From: Phoronis australis
Taxonomy: Eukaryota > Animalia > Phoronida
Length of the DNA: 64,000 nt
Direction: 5' to 3'
Assembly (NCBI GenBank): GCA_002633005.1
Contig: NMRA01000195.1
Location: 227,628 to 291,627 of the forward strand
The notes beneath the pieces were generated by a model, which saw nothing but the letters and a program-made list of their open reading frames with translations, was not told where the DNA came from and ran no database searches. The translations under genes were made by a program, and so were the position numbers. Shown here in pieces: positions 12,716 to 26,200 of this stretch (positions are counted from its first letter, which is position 1; each line of letters opens with the position of its first letter).

Positions 12716-12877
12716 AGTAGCGAATCTACTGGGTGGGGGGGGGGCAAGGAGGGTATGGGCCCCCTAAAATTCTCCTTGGTTTCATTTGGCAGTTCAGGGG
12801 TGCAAATGTTTGACGGGCAAAATCCTGGCTAATATTCTGCCCTGGTCCCCCAACTCAAAATCCTGGATCCGACCCTG
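12716..12877 (-). mobile_element. Short MITE, same family as 4083-4221
   Basis: Reverse complement starts CAGGGTCGGATCCAGGATTTTGAGTTGGGGG and shares the TATTAGCCAGGATTTTGC core with 4083-4221. Confidence 0.6.
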
Positions 12878-14265
12878 GGCACAACTAATTTTTGCCTCTA
12901 ACCTGCCATTTGACAACAAAAACAGTTAACTGTGTTACACATACATTCGACAATACCTATTTGACATGTCACAAAAAGGCCAACTTTCTTAAAAAGCACA
13001 GTAAGCAAGTCTTTCCATTTCGATTTGACAAGAAATTAGTCATGTAGGAGCTGATGGAGCACAAGAATGTGATAATGTGATGTGGAGAAAAACACCCTAC
13101 TAAATTAACTCCTCTCATTTTCCTGTCACCACAGTGACACAAATCCCCAAACAAGGCCAGATAAACTAGACAAATTAATAATTCATAAGTTTAAGGGGTT
13201 TAATAGTCAGACGATTTTCGAAGACAAATACACAACAGGAAAAAAATGGCCCAGGTGTTCAACGAACCACACTTGAAAAGCACCATTGATTTTGGTAGTG
13301 CAGTCAACTCCAACCCCCCAAGCAGCCAATCTATGTCACACTGTACAGGACACCAAATAAAACATATTTCTTGTTTACACTTACAAGGCAACTCAACTTC
13401 TAAAGAGCAAGTTGCTACAATTCGAACACATACGATTGTTGTTGCTTTTGTACCTTACAGAGCTCCAGTATACATGTAAGTTTCCATGTTCGATTAATAT
13501 CAACAGGGGGCACCACAGTAGTCCAAAAATCAACTGGTGCCAGCATATGCCAGTCACATAACCCTGTGCCACATATTATTATGATTTGATTTTTGATAAA
13601 AAAGGAGGACAAGCAAACATAAGGAACTCACAGACGAAGTTTTCATTGAAAGATGAAACAGCCAACAGGGGGTGCCATAGAAGTGGAGTCTCACTGAAAA
13701 TCGAATGGTGTCAGAGTATACACGGCGTATACAGCGATATATCTATGTACCATACTGGGTATTGACTTTCATGATCCATGAAAGCTTTTGAGGAAATCAA
13801 GGGACCATTGAAGGTGACTGCATGACAAATGGATGGGACGCAACTTCAAAATTATATTGTGGATGCATGGGGAAACTGCTGCTGAAAATGCCAAACTGAG
13901 TCGGCTAAATAGACTATGATGCTTAATGAATTCTGATATAAAAAGTGATTTACTAATGAAAATGTCATAGAACATTTAATGATGTAACAATCAGAGAATT
14001 ACAGCATTCATGCTCAGCGAGCAGCTAGGGTATAATGATTGTCATTACATTAAAACTAGAAGGTACGTACATGCTAAGTATTTAGTCATCAACAAACATG
14101 AATTCTTTAAAAGCAACATCTAAAGGCACATGTCCACATGAGTTCAACACCAGCAAGAGAGGATTTTACATCGATGGAAACTGTATCCATAATAAACAGG
14201 AATTATTAAATAACTTAAAAATTGCTGCTCATCACCAACACTGAGCACTAGAGTATTTGCATAAA

Positions 14266-17200
14266 TTAAGTTGCAGAAACAGTTGGTGTACGGAGTTGCC
14301 TATCAGAGTCTTTTCTGGGTGTATGCTTAGGTCTGCCTGATTTGGCAGTTGTGGGAATCTGTAGCTTCTGTTGTGATTCTGACTTAGTCAACAAATTCAT
14401 TGCTTCCTTATGAACTTGCTGATTAGTGACATTGTTTGTGAGGAAGCCAGAAATATCATCAATCGCATCATCGAGTTGTGTCTGAAGCTCGCCAACTCTC
14501 ACGCCATTTTTGTTTGATTCATTCTCCATCTTGTTCAGGTTGGTTTTTGTGTGTAGACCTCGAATCCTGTAGTATTCCTCCAGGGCCGAGTGCATTCGTC
14601 TCTGCAGGCCATGCAACTGGAAGAGAGATATTGTTGTTAGCAGACACTGGATGACTCTATTGACTGAGGTCATGGACTACGGTTAGCAAATTTAAATAAA
14701 ATGAGATGCAGAAGTTTTGAGAAGAATGGTACAGTGCTAAATATTATGGCAAGAACAGATTAAGACCCACCCTCTTAATGTACAGCAGGTTATACACACA
14801 TGCAGAATACTGTTCAGTTATCTTCCCATAAGAAGCTGGAAAATGTCCTTGGAATAATCCAACACAAAATTGGTTGATGGAAGTCAGAGAATATATTTAC
14901 ATATAGTGTCACCCACAATGCATAAAAACCAAATACACTGATTTACCTACAGGTTAATGTTTAATTATTTAACAACTATAACAACCGAAACGTCACATCT
15001 CATTTTTGTTGTCAGCTTCAAGCAACTGATAAATATGTTTTTAAAAGTCTAAAAACTGAGAAGAAAAGGATCAAAGCAAAAGAGGTAAATAGACAAAATG
15101 GACACTGCACAGTCTATTTTAACCCAAATCTAAGCTCATCCACAGGACATCTAACACCCAAAAATAGGGCGGCAACAACAACCCCAACTGCAAATCCACC
15201 ATTTGGCAACTAGGATTACACGTGCTGGCAGCTGTTTTGTGGTGGCACCTGAGAGTGGATTAAACCTCCTGCAGACGCATGACCAAGACATCCACCTATT
15301 GAAATGGTTGACCAAGTCATCCACTAATTGACACACATGACTAAGTCATGCACCAATTGATACAAAAGACCAAGTCATCCACATATAGACACACATATGA
15401 CCAAGTGATTGACACACATGACCAGCTCATCCACCTAATTGACACAGTTGACCAAGTCACCCACCAATTGATACACACGTGACCAAGTCATCCACCTATT
15501 GGCACACATGACCAAATTGTCCTTGTACCTGTTTCACATCTTTGATTGTGCTCTCCATGTGTACCCTCCTATCATAGACATCCATCAGCCGACTCTTGAT
15601 AGAATTAGCCTGATTCTGTAGAACACGATATCGCGATGCAAGCTCAGCGTTATACTCTAGGTTTCTTAATAGGTCGTCCTGAAAAATGATATAAAACTCA
15701 TTAACCTTACCCAAAAGAAGAAAATATTTTATGAAGGAGATTAAGGTGAACCCTTAATAGGCAAGTCTGTGCATTTGGCAAACTATTTACAAAACCATAG
15801 AATTTAATGTTTGAAAACGAAACTAGCAGAATTTGATTGTGGTCTTGGGTCAGATTAAGGATTAAATAAGCAAAAAAGGAAGGCTTTTATTTATAGCAAA
15901 ACAACTGTATCAAAAAAATGACTTAAAGATTGCTAGTTTTCTAAATTATTGTTTTGTGGTTGGACGCCTCCGGAAAATTGATCACGCCATCCCATCTTCG
16001 ACAGGAGGATGTCTGCAGAATTTCGTGAACTTCCACCTTAGGTGGTTTTGGAGATACAGCAGCAGATTTCAAAGGGTCAGGCATAACAGCATAATGCATC
16101 CGCAAGGGTTCATAAAAACAGGCACAAGAGACAGTATTGCAACTAACATTACCTTCATTTTCTGAAGAACATCCTCTCTCTCAGTCATGTGATTGACATG
16201 TCTTTCTTCATTGGCCACGAGACGAGCTGTGTGCAGAACGACGAGACAGTAAAATACAGAGACTCAGCATAAGAAGCAGATCAAACAAAAATGGTGATTG
16301 ACACACTGCCAACCTAATGATAAAATACAGAGACTCAGCATAAGAAGCAGATCAAACAAAAATGGTGATTGACACACTGCCAACCTAATGATAAAATAAT
16401 CCAGAGTTGAGCTCATTACAGGTTCAGGTTAAAATGCCAAAAAATCAAGCAGTGGTCTATTTCATGGAGTTGATTTTTGGAGAGAAATTTGGGCTTATGC
16501 TTCCACTTGACAATTGCTGAAACAGACTTGGTCAAATAATTACGTGGGCACCACATTCTAGAAACAAAATTATAGAAATTACCTCTCAGTAACTAGCAGT
16601 TTATACATATTTATCCTCAGAGACTTTGCACTTTTGCTCATTGACAAGTGAGATTTAATCCTTTTTCAGAAATATTTGTGTGGAGTGGCTGCGTAAGACT
16701 AGTGAAATTTCAGGTCTTAAATCACTGATCATGAAACAGACCATGGTCAAATAGAGCAACTCTAGTGTTAGAGTACTGAACCGTCCTGTTCCCATTCCAC
16801 TTACAGCCATAATGCAACAGCTGGACCAGCATAATGTATTGAGTACACGTCTCAGACAATAATTTACAAACTCAGGTTTTTAGTTGTCTTAAGTCACTTT
16901 AACAACATTGATAAGGCAAAGTTGAAGTTGTATTAACAGAGCATTAATTGTTGTCCGATTTAAAGGTTGGGGTGGTGCTTTGACTATGGTTGAAATTTGC
17001 TCCATCAGATGTTTAGTGTCCTTAGCGTCCAATTTAGCTAGTCTTGGTGAACTCCACCAGGACACACTCTCAGAGCCAAATATAAAATAAATAAATCAAG
17101 GACAAACTCTCAGAGTCAAATACACAACAGATCAAGGACACACCCTCAAAGCCAAATGCACAATAGACCAATGGTAAGTGCCATCACAGTAGCACACACA

Positions 17201-20200
17201 GACATCCCAAAGGCTGAACCTAGCTGTGCAATCGAACTTACCTTTTATCTCATTGATTTTAGTGGTCAGTTCCGCATTTCGACTTTTGATTTCATTAAGC
17301 TGAAGGTCTAACTCATCCTGGATTTCACTGGAATAGAGGAAGAAGAGAAATGGTCACTGCAAATTTCTCTCAACACGAGACATTACGGCATTTTCCTGTT
17401 GAGCCCAACTTGTTCAATTCTATAGCCCAACAACAAGTTGAGAGGATGACCCCTGTAGCCAGTATCTTACACGACTGATTAACTCCATTCTGGCATTTGG
17501 AGGGCCGGCTCTCTTTTGTTCAGATAATTACTCTAACTCTCCCTTAAGATCCTATCCTGATTGGGTTGTGTTGTTAAAAATAAAAGTTATAAACATACTT
17601 GAACATTCAACCAATAGCATTTCTGAATTCCTCGACAAATGATGAACATGACTGTTTAGTTTTTTAACCACCAAAATCGCCCCACTACAATCAAACTTAT
17701 GACAATCTATTCTTTACAAATGTAACAATTCGCACTGGGCATGGCTGTGCTCACAGGTGGTCCAAAATAAGCCTGGTAGACAATTGGCCTGCCTGTTGCC
17801 ATAAAAGACAGAAGACTGTGCTCAGCAGTTAACAAAGCAGGTAGATGTTATCACCACTCACAACACCTCTACACCTTAATGTGATTCGTTTACTTAACGT
17901 CTGAGTTTAGAACAGATCCAGAAAACGGTTTCACTGTGTTTCAGGCCACCCTCAAGGGCCTTATACATAATAGTTCAGGTGGCTATCGTAGGTCTCATAA
18001 TGTTTCAGGTCACTCTCAAATGCCTTATAGATAGTGTTTCAGGTCACTCTCTAAGGCCTTGTAGATGGTGTTTCACTGGTCACAGGCCTTATAGATAAGG
18101 TTTCAGGTCACTCTCATGCCTTACAGATAATGTTTCATACCCCTCTCACAGGTATTATGCTAACTAAAACATGTCTGCTGCACAGTGATAGTGTCTAGTA
18201 GGATGCTAGGGAGATCCATAATTTGATGTACTTGGCATCTGTGACTGCTCTAGTCTGATATGGCAACTGAATGATGAGGTGTACTGGATCAGAAAGCAGC
18301 AGGACAAAGTGATAGACAATAATCCAACTAACTATAACTAAACCCCAAAGCGTAATGACTACAGTGGCAGTTGTAACCCAAGCAGACAGTAAGACACTTG
18401 TTATGTTAGGGCTCTCTAATAACCCTTTGAAGTTTTGCATGTCATTGTTATCTGAATGTAGCCCTATTGATGGTTTTTCTTCAAAATTGTTATTGTTCAA
18501 TAATATATGTAGGTCTATCCAATATCTTGGCCCATTCCACCTCAAGCCTCATCCCCTGTTGCTCCAGATTTTCTTCCATTTGAAAACTCCACATAATGAA
18601 CTCGTGCTCAAATCTGTTCATAAATTTTAATCTCCAGCACATCCTTTTTACCAGCCTTCCATCACGTTATAGCCATAGCAACGAGTCATTTGTTAACAAG
18701 CTCCGCTCCGCTAGGGTTTCACATAACATTGTCAGCAGCTGCTGGTTCCACAGCAAGCCCACCAAAATGTTGACATACCGTGAGTATTTCAGCCTTGTGA
18801 GACTTTTCAGTTTGTCCAATGACAAGCTATAATTCCTGACCAATAACAAACATCATCAATGTGCCTCCTGGCATGCTCGACAATATGGTTACAGACTTGT
18901 TTGGCCAGAGTCAGTGAAAACTGAGGAAATTTCAAAGACTAAGGTTGTTTATCACACCCTATGGCTGACAAATGAAATACCCCCCCCCCCCCAAGATCAT
19001 GATCTATATTCTGTTAAAGAGCCCTGGCATAACAACGCATTTTTCATAACAAATACAAGGTGATGACAAATCTTACGTGAGTTCTCGCACTTTCTTTTTG
19101 GTAGTGTCGTATGTCTTGGACATCATTCCCTCTGACCTGTCCATATCTGCCATTGATTTGGCAATCATCTCCCTCCTCCAGTCCATGTAGTCAATTCGCT
19201 TGCTAGCATTGAGAACAGCCTCCTACAAGTGCACCGAGATGTTTTGATCCGCTACTGTGCATTGAGGCTGCATTAGATTCTGAATGCATTGCGTATTCAA
19301 ACAAAATCAGGCAAAATTGGGAAACATTTTAGTACACCCGTTGGCTCTAGTTAAGCAATCGTAGAGTGTCAATGGAGTGTTTTTAAGCGCTAATGACATG
19401 GAGTACGTGCATGTCCAAAATAACCCCTGCCTCATGTTCTGATGACATGTCAAAGAAGTATTACCTCATTAAAGCTCCAGACAGTCAAGTGAAAAATTGA
19501 CTGAATCCAGTTGTTGCTGACACTCACCTTGAGCTCACCATACTTTGGTTCAAGCAGTGCTCGCTTTTCCACCACATGTGCTTCAGTCGCCGTGTGGTGC
19601 TCCTTGGCACCATCAATTTGGCTCAGCAGTTCTTGAATTTTCTGATAAGTAAAAGACAACATGCGTTACCCTTTGACCAGCAAACTGTACACACGCAGTA
19701 AGAAATCGGTGTCAGTGATTTAATCAACATACATCGAGCTGCAAATTGATTGAATTGCTCAATGACATTAAATCTCTTACTCCTTTGCTTTGTAAAAGAT
19801 AAGACAAGAATAAATGCCATCACTCATGTTACAGTGAACATGCGGAGGCAACAAAAATGGCCAGTTCATGGTGAAATCAGTGACACACAGCATTTATGCT
19901 ATACTTAATAACCTCAAGATTAAGACTGGCATGTAGTTTCCATTTATGTCTTCACGAAAAAGCTCCATAATTAAGAAGCTGACTGTCTTGTAAACAGGTA
20001 GTTGTTCACCAGCTGACACAATAATTATATGTTCAATACATGAAACAAACAAATATTTAATAAAACTGCAAAACTTCTCACTACTTCGGCATAAAATCAA
20101 AATAATGTAGATTACGCCTATTACCAAAACATAAGTCGGTTACCATTAGTTATGAAATAGGCAATAGTCTTGTATAATGTGCACGCATTTTGAGAACCAG

Positions 20201-23200
20201 TTCTCTCAACTGAATAACATACATCAACTGGTTCTCAAAATGCAGCACACTATATCAGTCAGTTCCCAAGCCTGTTTACACCAGGCAGACTAACACAAAC
20301 CCTTACTTTTGGAAAACAAATCCTAGGAGTGCGCATTAATCACAAGCATTTTGTAATACAAATCCCGATTCACACCCCAGGCTGCGTAGATATGCGCGTT
20401 TGCAAAACCCCATGGACAAACGTCTGACAAATACACCCATGAATATGTCCACCCATGTTTTTGGAGCTCCTCAATCATAAACCCACTCCTTCATATTGGC
20501 CGATTGCACTCACTCAAGAAAGATATTCTGGCCTAAAATATTCACTCAATCAAATCATCAACAAACCAATCAATCATTACCTCTTCCTTCTCCTTATTGG
20601 CTGCCCGTAATTTCTCCACCTTCTCCAGTATGATCCTAAGTGCCTCCTCCAATTCAGTGATTGTTTTGCTCAGTTTGCCTTTCTTATGCTTCGTCTCTGC
20701 CTGCGTCTTCACCAGGTCCGTGTTGTCGTTGACGATGCGCGCCTGGATGACCGTGCGTGTGTGGATCTCTTCCTTCACCTGCTTCTTCAGCGAATCCAAC
20801 TCATTCTATATAAAAAACAGGCGGCGCTAGAGTTATATCAGACAACACTAGCCTCCCATATCTCCCTGGTAAAAAATACTAACATACATCAGTCCTGTTA
20901 ATCAGCGAAACACAAGGACTAGTGAGGCTACATTCAAGTCAGTTAGAAAACATGATACCACAGCAACACCAAAGAGACATTGTCTGAAATAGCAACAACA
21001 CGGTGAAACACACCTTGTCATGACACATCAATAGCATAGTTGCTGGACAATGTTCTAAATTCTTGATTGAATTAAATGCAGAGGAATGTTCACTGGCATT
21101 TTTGTAAAATTCTGCGTGAGCAACATACTATCAAATTTCCACCGTTGTGCAATGGGAATAACTGATTAACACAAAAGTGCTAAATGTCTTAAAATGGCCG
21201 TGAATACATTTCGTCCCCCTCGACTTGGCCCATCTCGCTCACCAGAATTAGATAGTAGGCCAAGCAACAGAGTGCTCTCACAGGTTTAGTGATAGACACT
21301 TTTCTGCTCTCACAAGAAGAGTTGTATTATTATTTAATAGAATTCCTATTGAATTACAGTGACGAATATCCACATAGTTGATAGTGAATTAGTGAGTCTT
21401 ATTTGAATAAAAAGTGACAGTTATCACAGTACATGGACTGGCAACTCTGAATATTCTCAAAGCCCAAAATTTTGCGATCTTTTGCCCAGCTGAAGCCAAT
21501 AATACTCTAGTTTCATTATACATTGTGGCATCATTGTTCACAAGTGGAACCTAATGTGATGGCTCGATTTAGTTCTGTCAAGTATGTCGTCTGCTCATTA
21601 ACAAGGAAATGAGTTCCATATTATTTGGAAGAGAGTGGTAACTTCTCTGCGAATTTCATAGGAAAGTATTAGAATTGCGAATCTGTTGCCTATGATCTAT
21701 GCAGTGACGTAGTTTGTGATACACGCCAAGACATGCAAAAGTGAGACAGATCTACATGAAATTACTAATAAATTTACACCAAGTAAAATAATAACATTAG
21801 GTGAGATAAAGCAAATTAAACAATGTGAACTGCCGAAAGAGGGCACCACCTACACATAACCAGATCCAGTGCCTAAACTGAAGGCTGTATGAGAAAATGA
21901 AAGTTTAAAAGACACAAAACTTCTGAGACAATACCAGTACTTAAACTGTTAAATGCATTTAGTTGCCGTATTTAAAAATTGGTGATGAAGCTTTACATCT
22001 GGTTGTTGTTCTCGATTTTTCTTTCAGACTGCCTGCATCACTGGATAACAATTCAGATGATCTTCAAATTAACATCTAACATTTCAATAAAAAGCAGACA
22101 GTCATTAATAAGGCGAACATCATTTATTCACTGTATTTGGTAATAATCAAAAGTTTAACATGTTAATGAGTATCCAATTATGTGTTGTCCTAAATAAAAA
22201 AGTCTGTTGGTCTGGCTCAAAGAGTTCTTACCTTCAAGGTCTCCTCTATCTTCATGGCTTTATCAATCTCCAAGTCAAGCTGTTCACGCACTGCGTTGCA
22301 TATCGTGTTAGTCTTGAAGAACTCTTGCATTGTTTTATCCAGAACTATATCTAGTCGTTCAAGCTCCCGCTCAATGCGTCGCAAGTTCTTTTCATCACTG
22401 ATTTTCTGCTTTTTGCTGGAAAACATAATTATGTTAACTTAATAAAATGATGTTGCAACACAGTACTTACTTAACGAACACTGTAATTCAACTTAATGGT
22501 CAAGTAAATTATTAGCCTGTTGTTTAATTACTTTAATGTGCATAATTTGTAATGTTAACATTGTAAATATACACAAAATTTAGCCATTCGGTAACACTTA
22601 AAAGTTACATCAAATGATACATACATGCATTGCACCTTCTTGGAATTACAGAAAAACTCATGAGTGTTGGACATGCACAAGTCACAAAATGTAGCACTTC
22701 ACCTGCTCTAGTTTGTGCACTCAGCCATTTAGAGAAGTCAGATTTAACCTTACTTACATAAAATCTCTTAGTTAATGGAGATGACATATCAAAATGAACA
22801 TATTCGTTGTTATTTGTAGTCAATTTGAAACACTGCAGCTTAAACCCAAACAAATGAGCAGACACCACTTAATCAAAAACAACCAAGTTGTAAGTCCTTA
22901 ATTTTATAAAAAAGACAGCATTGCATAACTGAAACCACAACATGTTATGTGGCAGTTTATTTTTGAAAATAAAATAAAAAGCCTTTAGCCTTCCTCTACA
23001 CCAACCAATGAGTCAGTTTCCTGTGACAGTCATCTATTATCATTTCTGCCTCTGAGTTCCTCAGCTCTAGAAGTCTCAACCGCTCCTGCTTGTGCTCAAT
23101 GGCATGACTCAGATCAGACAGCTTCTGGTCACCATCAGCAATCTACAATACAGAGTGAGACAAGAGATTACAAGTAAACCATGTTTAAAAGGAAAGCAAA

Positions 23201-26200
23201 CATTTTTGATTTTTGCATACTATCTAAAATGAAAGCACTTTCCTTAGTGTTAAGAACACCTCACTGCAAGCGTCATTATTGAAATCACTTTACTCAGATG
23301 GTTTGAGTCATTATTGAAATCACTTTACTCAGATGGTTTGAGTTACCTCAAAACTGCTGCTAGTACTTGCTATCATTTTTGAAGACAGATCTCTTACTTC
23401 TAAGGACAAGTATGCAGCACAGTGGTAAGCAGATCTTTTCTTAATCGAAACGTTGATGAGTTTATCGCAAGAGAGTGAGCATGCGTCAACAACAATGTCA
23501 GCTTTAAAAGGGACATGGGTCACAGGAAAACAAACTAAATATTGACTGAAGTACTGGTGTTTTCACCACCAAATATCTGTTTTTAATTAGTGTTTTGGCA
23601 CAAGTATAAGATAACCTGGAAGTCATAATTTGTGCAACTTTCTTGCCACCTGCAGCAATTAGTGTTAAAAGATTGTTATATAAAATCAGCAGCCCTGATT
23701 AACAAATTGCATTGCACAGTGACCTACATGTAGAACATTTCAAAACATACTGAAACTGATCCAAAGACATCAAGTCTGGGCAAAAGCAAAACAACATAAT
23801 TATTTTAAAGGGAACAGCAATCTATTGATTTCGTCTTTGCTAAAATTATGACACCTGACAACCATCAGCATTGATCAAATTGACTGGTGATTTTGCCTCC
23901 TATGGATGCAACAACTATATTCAAGTGGATGCAAAACAGCCCAACAAGCGGCTCCCATTTCCTGCATTCACGTCCATTGTGTGAACACAGTTTGTGAGAC
24001 TCACTGTTGATAACCAGTTTCTGTCTGTCATAGTGTTCACTCAATGCCACTGAAGGCAGACTATAACACGATGGGTTCCTGTAGGTGATTCATTCACACC
24101 AATAAGAGTCTGGGGAACAGTAATTGATGCTGAAAATACACTCAAAATACTGTCTTGGATGCTTACAGAGACCATTTGTGCTAATATTTTACTGGGGGTT
24201 TAAATTACCCCAAAACTGTGGGCATTTTTGATACCACTACAGCCAGATTGCTTTACTTCAAACGACACACAAGCTTTGGGAAAAGGGTGCCATAATATCG
24301 TAAGTTAACATTTTTAGAGCTAAACTCAAGTCTGACACTTTGTACTGTGCAATATTTCCCACCAAACTATTTTACAGCTTAGAACAATGATGAGCAAGAC
24401 AATTTAATTACATACTAAGGCATCTTTCTTGCTCTTTAGCCTCTGCAGCCTATCATCAAACTTCCTGTGTTCCTTCTCCTGCTCACAAATTCTATCCTCA
24501 AGTTCAACCACCTGCACATTAAATAAAGTAAGTCAGTGAACATACTAAACAGTCACTAAGAATAAGTTGCAATGGAGCAGCTGTTTTGTGCTAAGACACA
24601 ATGGTGATGCAAGCTGCAGTCAAGGTACATACTTGCAGCTAGCTATTAGCATGTGAGACCTAAAGATGCACCTATCTGTAGACAAGACACAAAAATGCAA
24701 CTATCTGCAGTCAAGGCACAGACTTGCAACACTTGGCAGAACACAGAGATGCGGTTTGTGTAGATGTGTCTATAATGATCACTAAAAATAACAATCTATT
24801 GTCAAAACATATATACATTTTGTAAAGCAAACATCTTCAGTATCTCAACAAGAGGGAATTTTTAGACAGTTTATCAAGTTCAGACCCTGATTGTCAATTG
24901 ATATTATTCTATTCAAATATCTAAAGTAAAATCGTTTTCTTGCCAACATGATTGAAACAATTTAACTTATTAGTAAAAAAATTCACATTCTATCTAAAAC
25001 CTTCAAACTAAGTTGATCCAAACAACAAAAAATCATTTCTTGTATTAACTATTCTCTTTTGGACAGCAATACCAACACCATCTCGTGGAAAGATAATTAG
25101 ACCGGCTCGATCAAAGAATTGGCCCAATCCAAAACTTAGTTTTCAAACCAAAGCAGTCCTCCATTACAGACCTTCTTATCCTGCATCCTCTCAGCTGCCT
25201 TGGCATTCTCACTCTTCACTTGTAGAACCAGCACTTCCTGTTCATTGTCACGTAGCTGTTCTCTGTTGTCGTTACACTGGTGTATATATGTGTTGTACGT
25301 CATCTTGGCTTCAGCGAGCTCATCACTGAAATAGAGGGAAATTAAGGGGACAGGGTTAGGAGAAAGAAGAGGACCTCTCTAGAGTATGCATTAGATCAGC
25401 TGATCACAATAGAATGTGCAACAATGAGGTACCTACAAAATCCATTCACAGAAGAAGACCCTTAGCTGAGGGTGGAAACGTTCAAATCCTCCGCAAATAA
25501 ATGTTTGTAGTAAGTAAATTTTACCAGCTCAACATCGTCATGAACAATGAAAAACTATTCTATCACAATTCATGCACCCCTTTCTTTTAAGTTGGGCCTT
25601 ATGTCTCCATACACAATTTAACATTTGACAGTGACAAGTATTAAAATCAAGTTTTACAGAAACACAGTGAATTCCTTTCAAGAAACCATAACTGGAAATT
25701 AGAAACTTGAGGAACAAGCGCCTACAGCATTATGTTATATCACAATGGACTTTCACAGGGCACCACCTGTAGCTGCAATGACTCACCTGATTTTCTGTAA
25801 GTCGCTCCTCACATTATCTAAGTCCTGTTTAATATGCCTTCGTTCCTGCTCAGCACGAGTGAATGCGTCTTCCGACTTTTGCATGACACGACGCTCTCTG
25901 TCTTGGGTTTGAGCGAGTTCTTCATCAGTCTGCAAAATGTACCAAACACAAGTCAAGCCTAGAGATATAATTCAAGGCTATATAAGAGCAAGTGCAATCA
26001 AACGCAAGAAATTTGTAATAAAGAACAAAAAGTTCACAGTGTTTATAGTACCTTAATAATGACCCATGCTTCAATATTCTCTATTTTAATTGCACCAAAT
26101 GATGAAAAAAACGTAGCCTCGACCAAATACTGACAGCAACATTCTTACCGCTTTTTGTGCCTCTTCTATCCTTCTCATTGCCTCCAGCTCCAGCTGCAAT

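Noticed and set aside
15280-15516. ~30-bp repeat array resembling CRISPR
   Set aside because: Head-to-tail degenerate units without unique spacers, inside a eukaryotic intron, no cas genes.
18195-18849. Hydrophobic 116-aa ORF and neighbours in a CCDC178 intron
   Set aside because: No family motif recognised; CCDC178 exon phases are consistent without it.
23045-23055. Possible GC donor for CCDC178 exon 10
   Set aside because: The frame stays open to a GT donor after 23006 whose phase matches the next exon.
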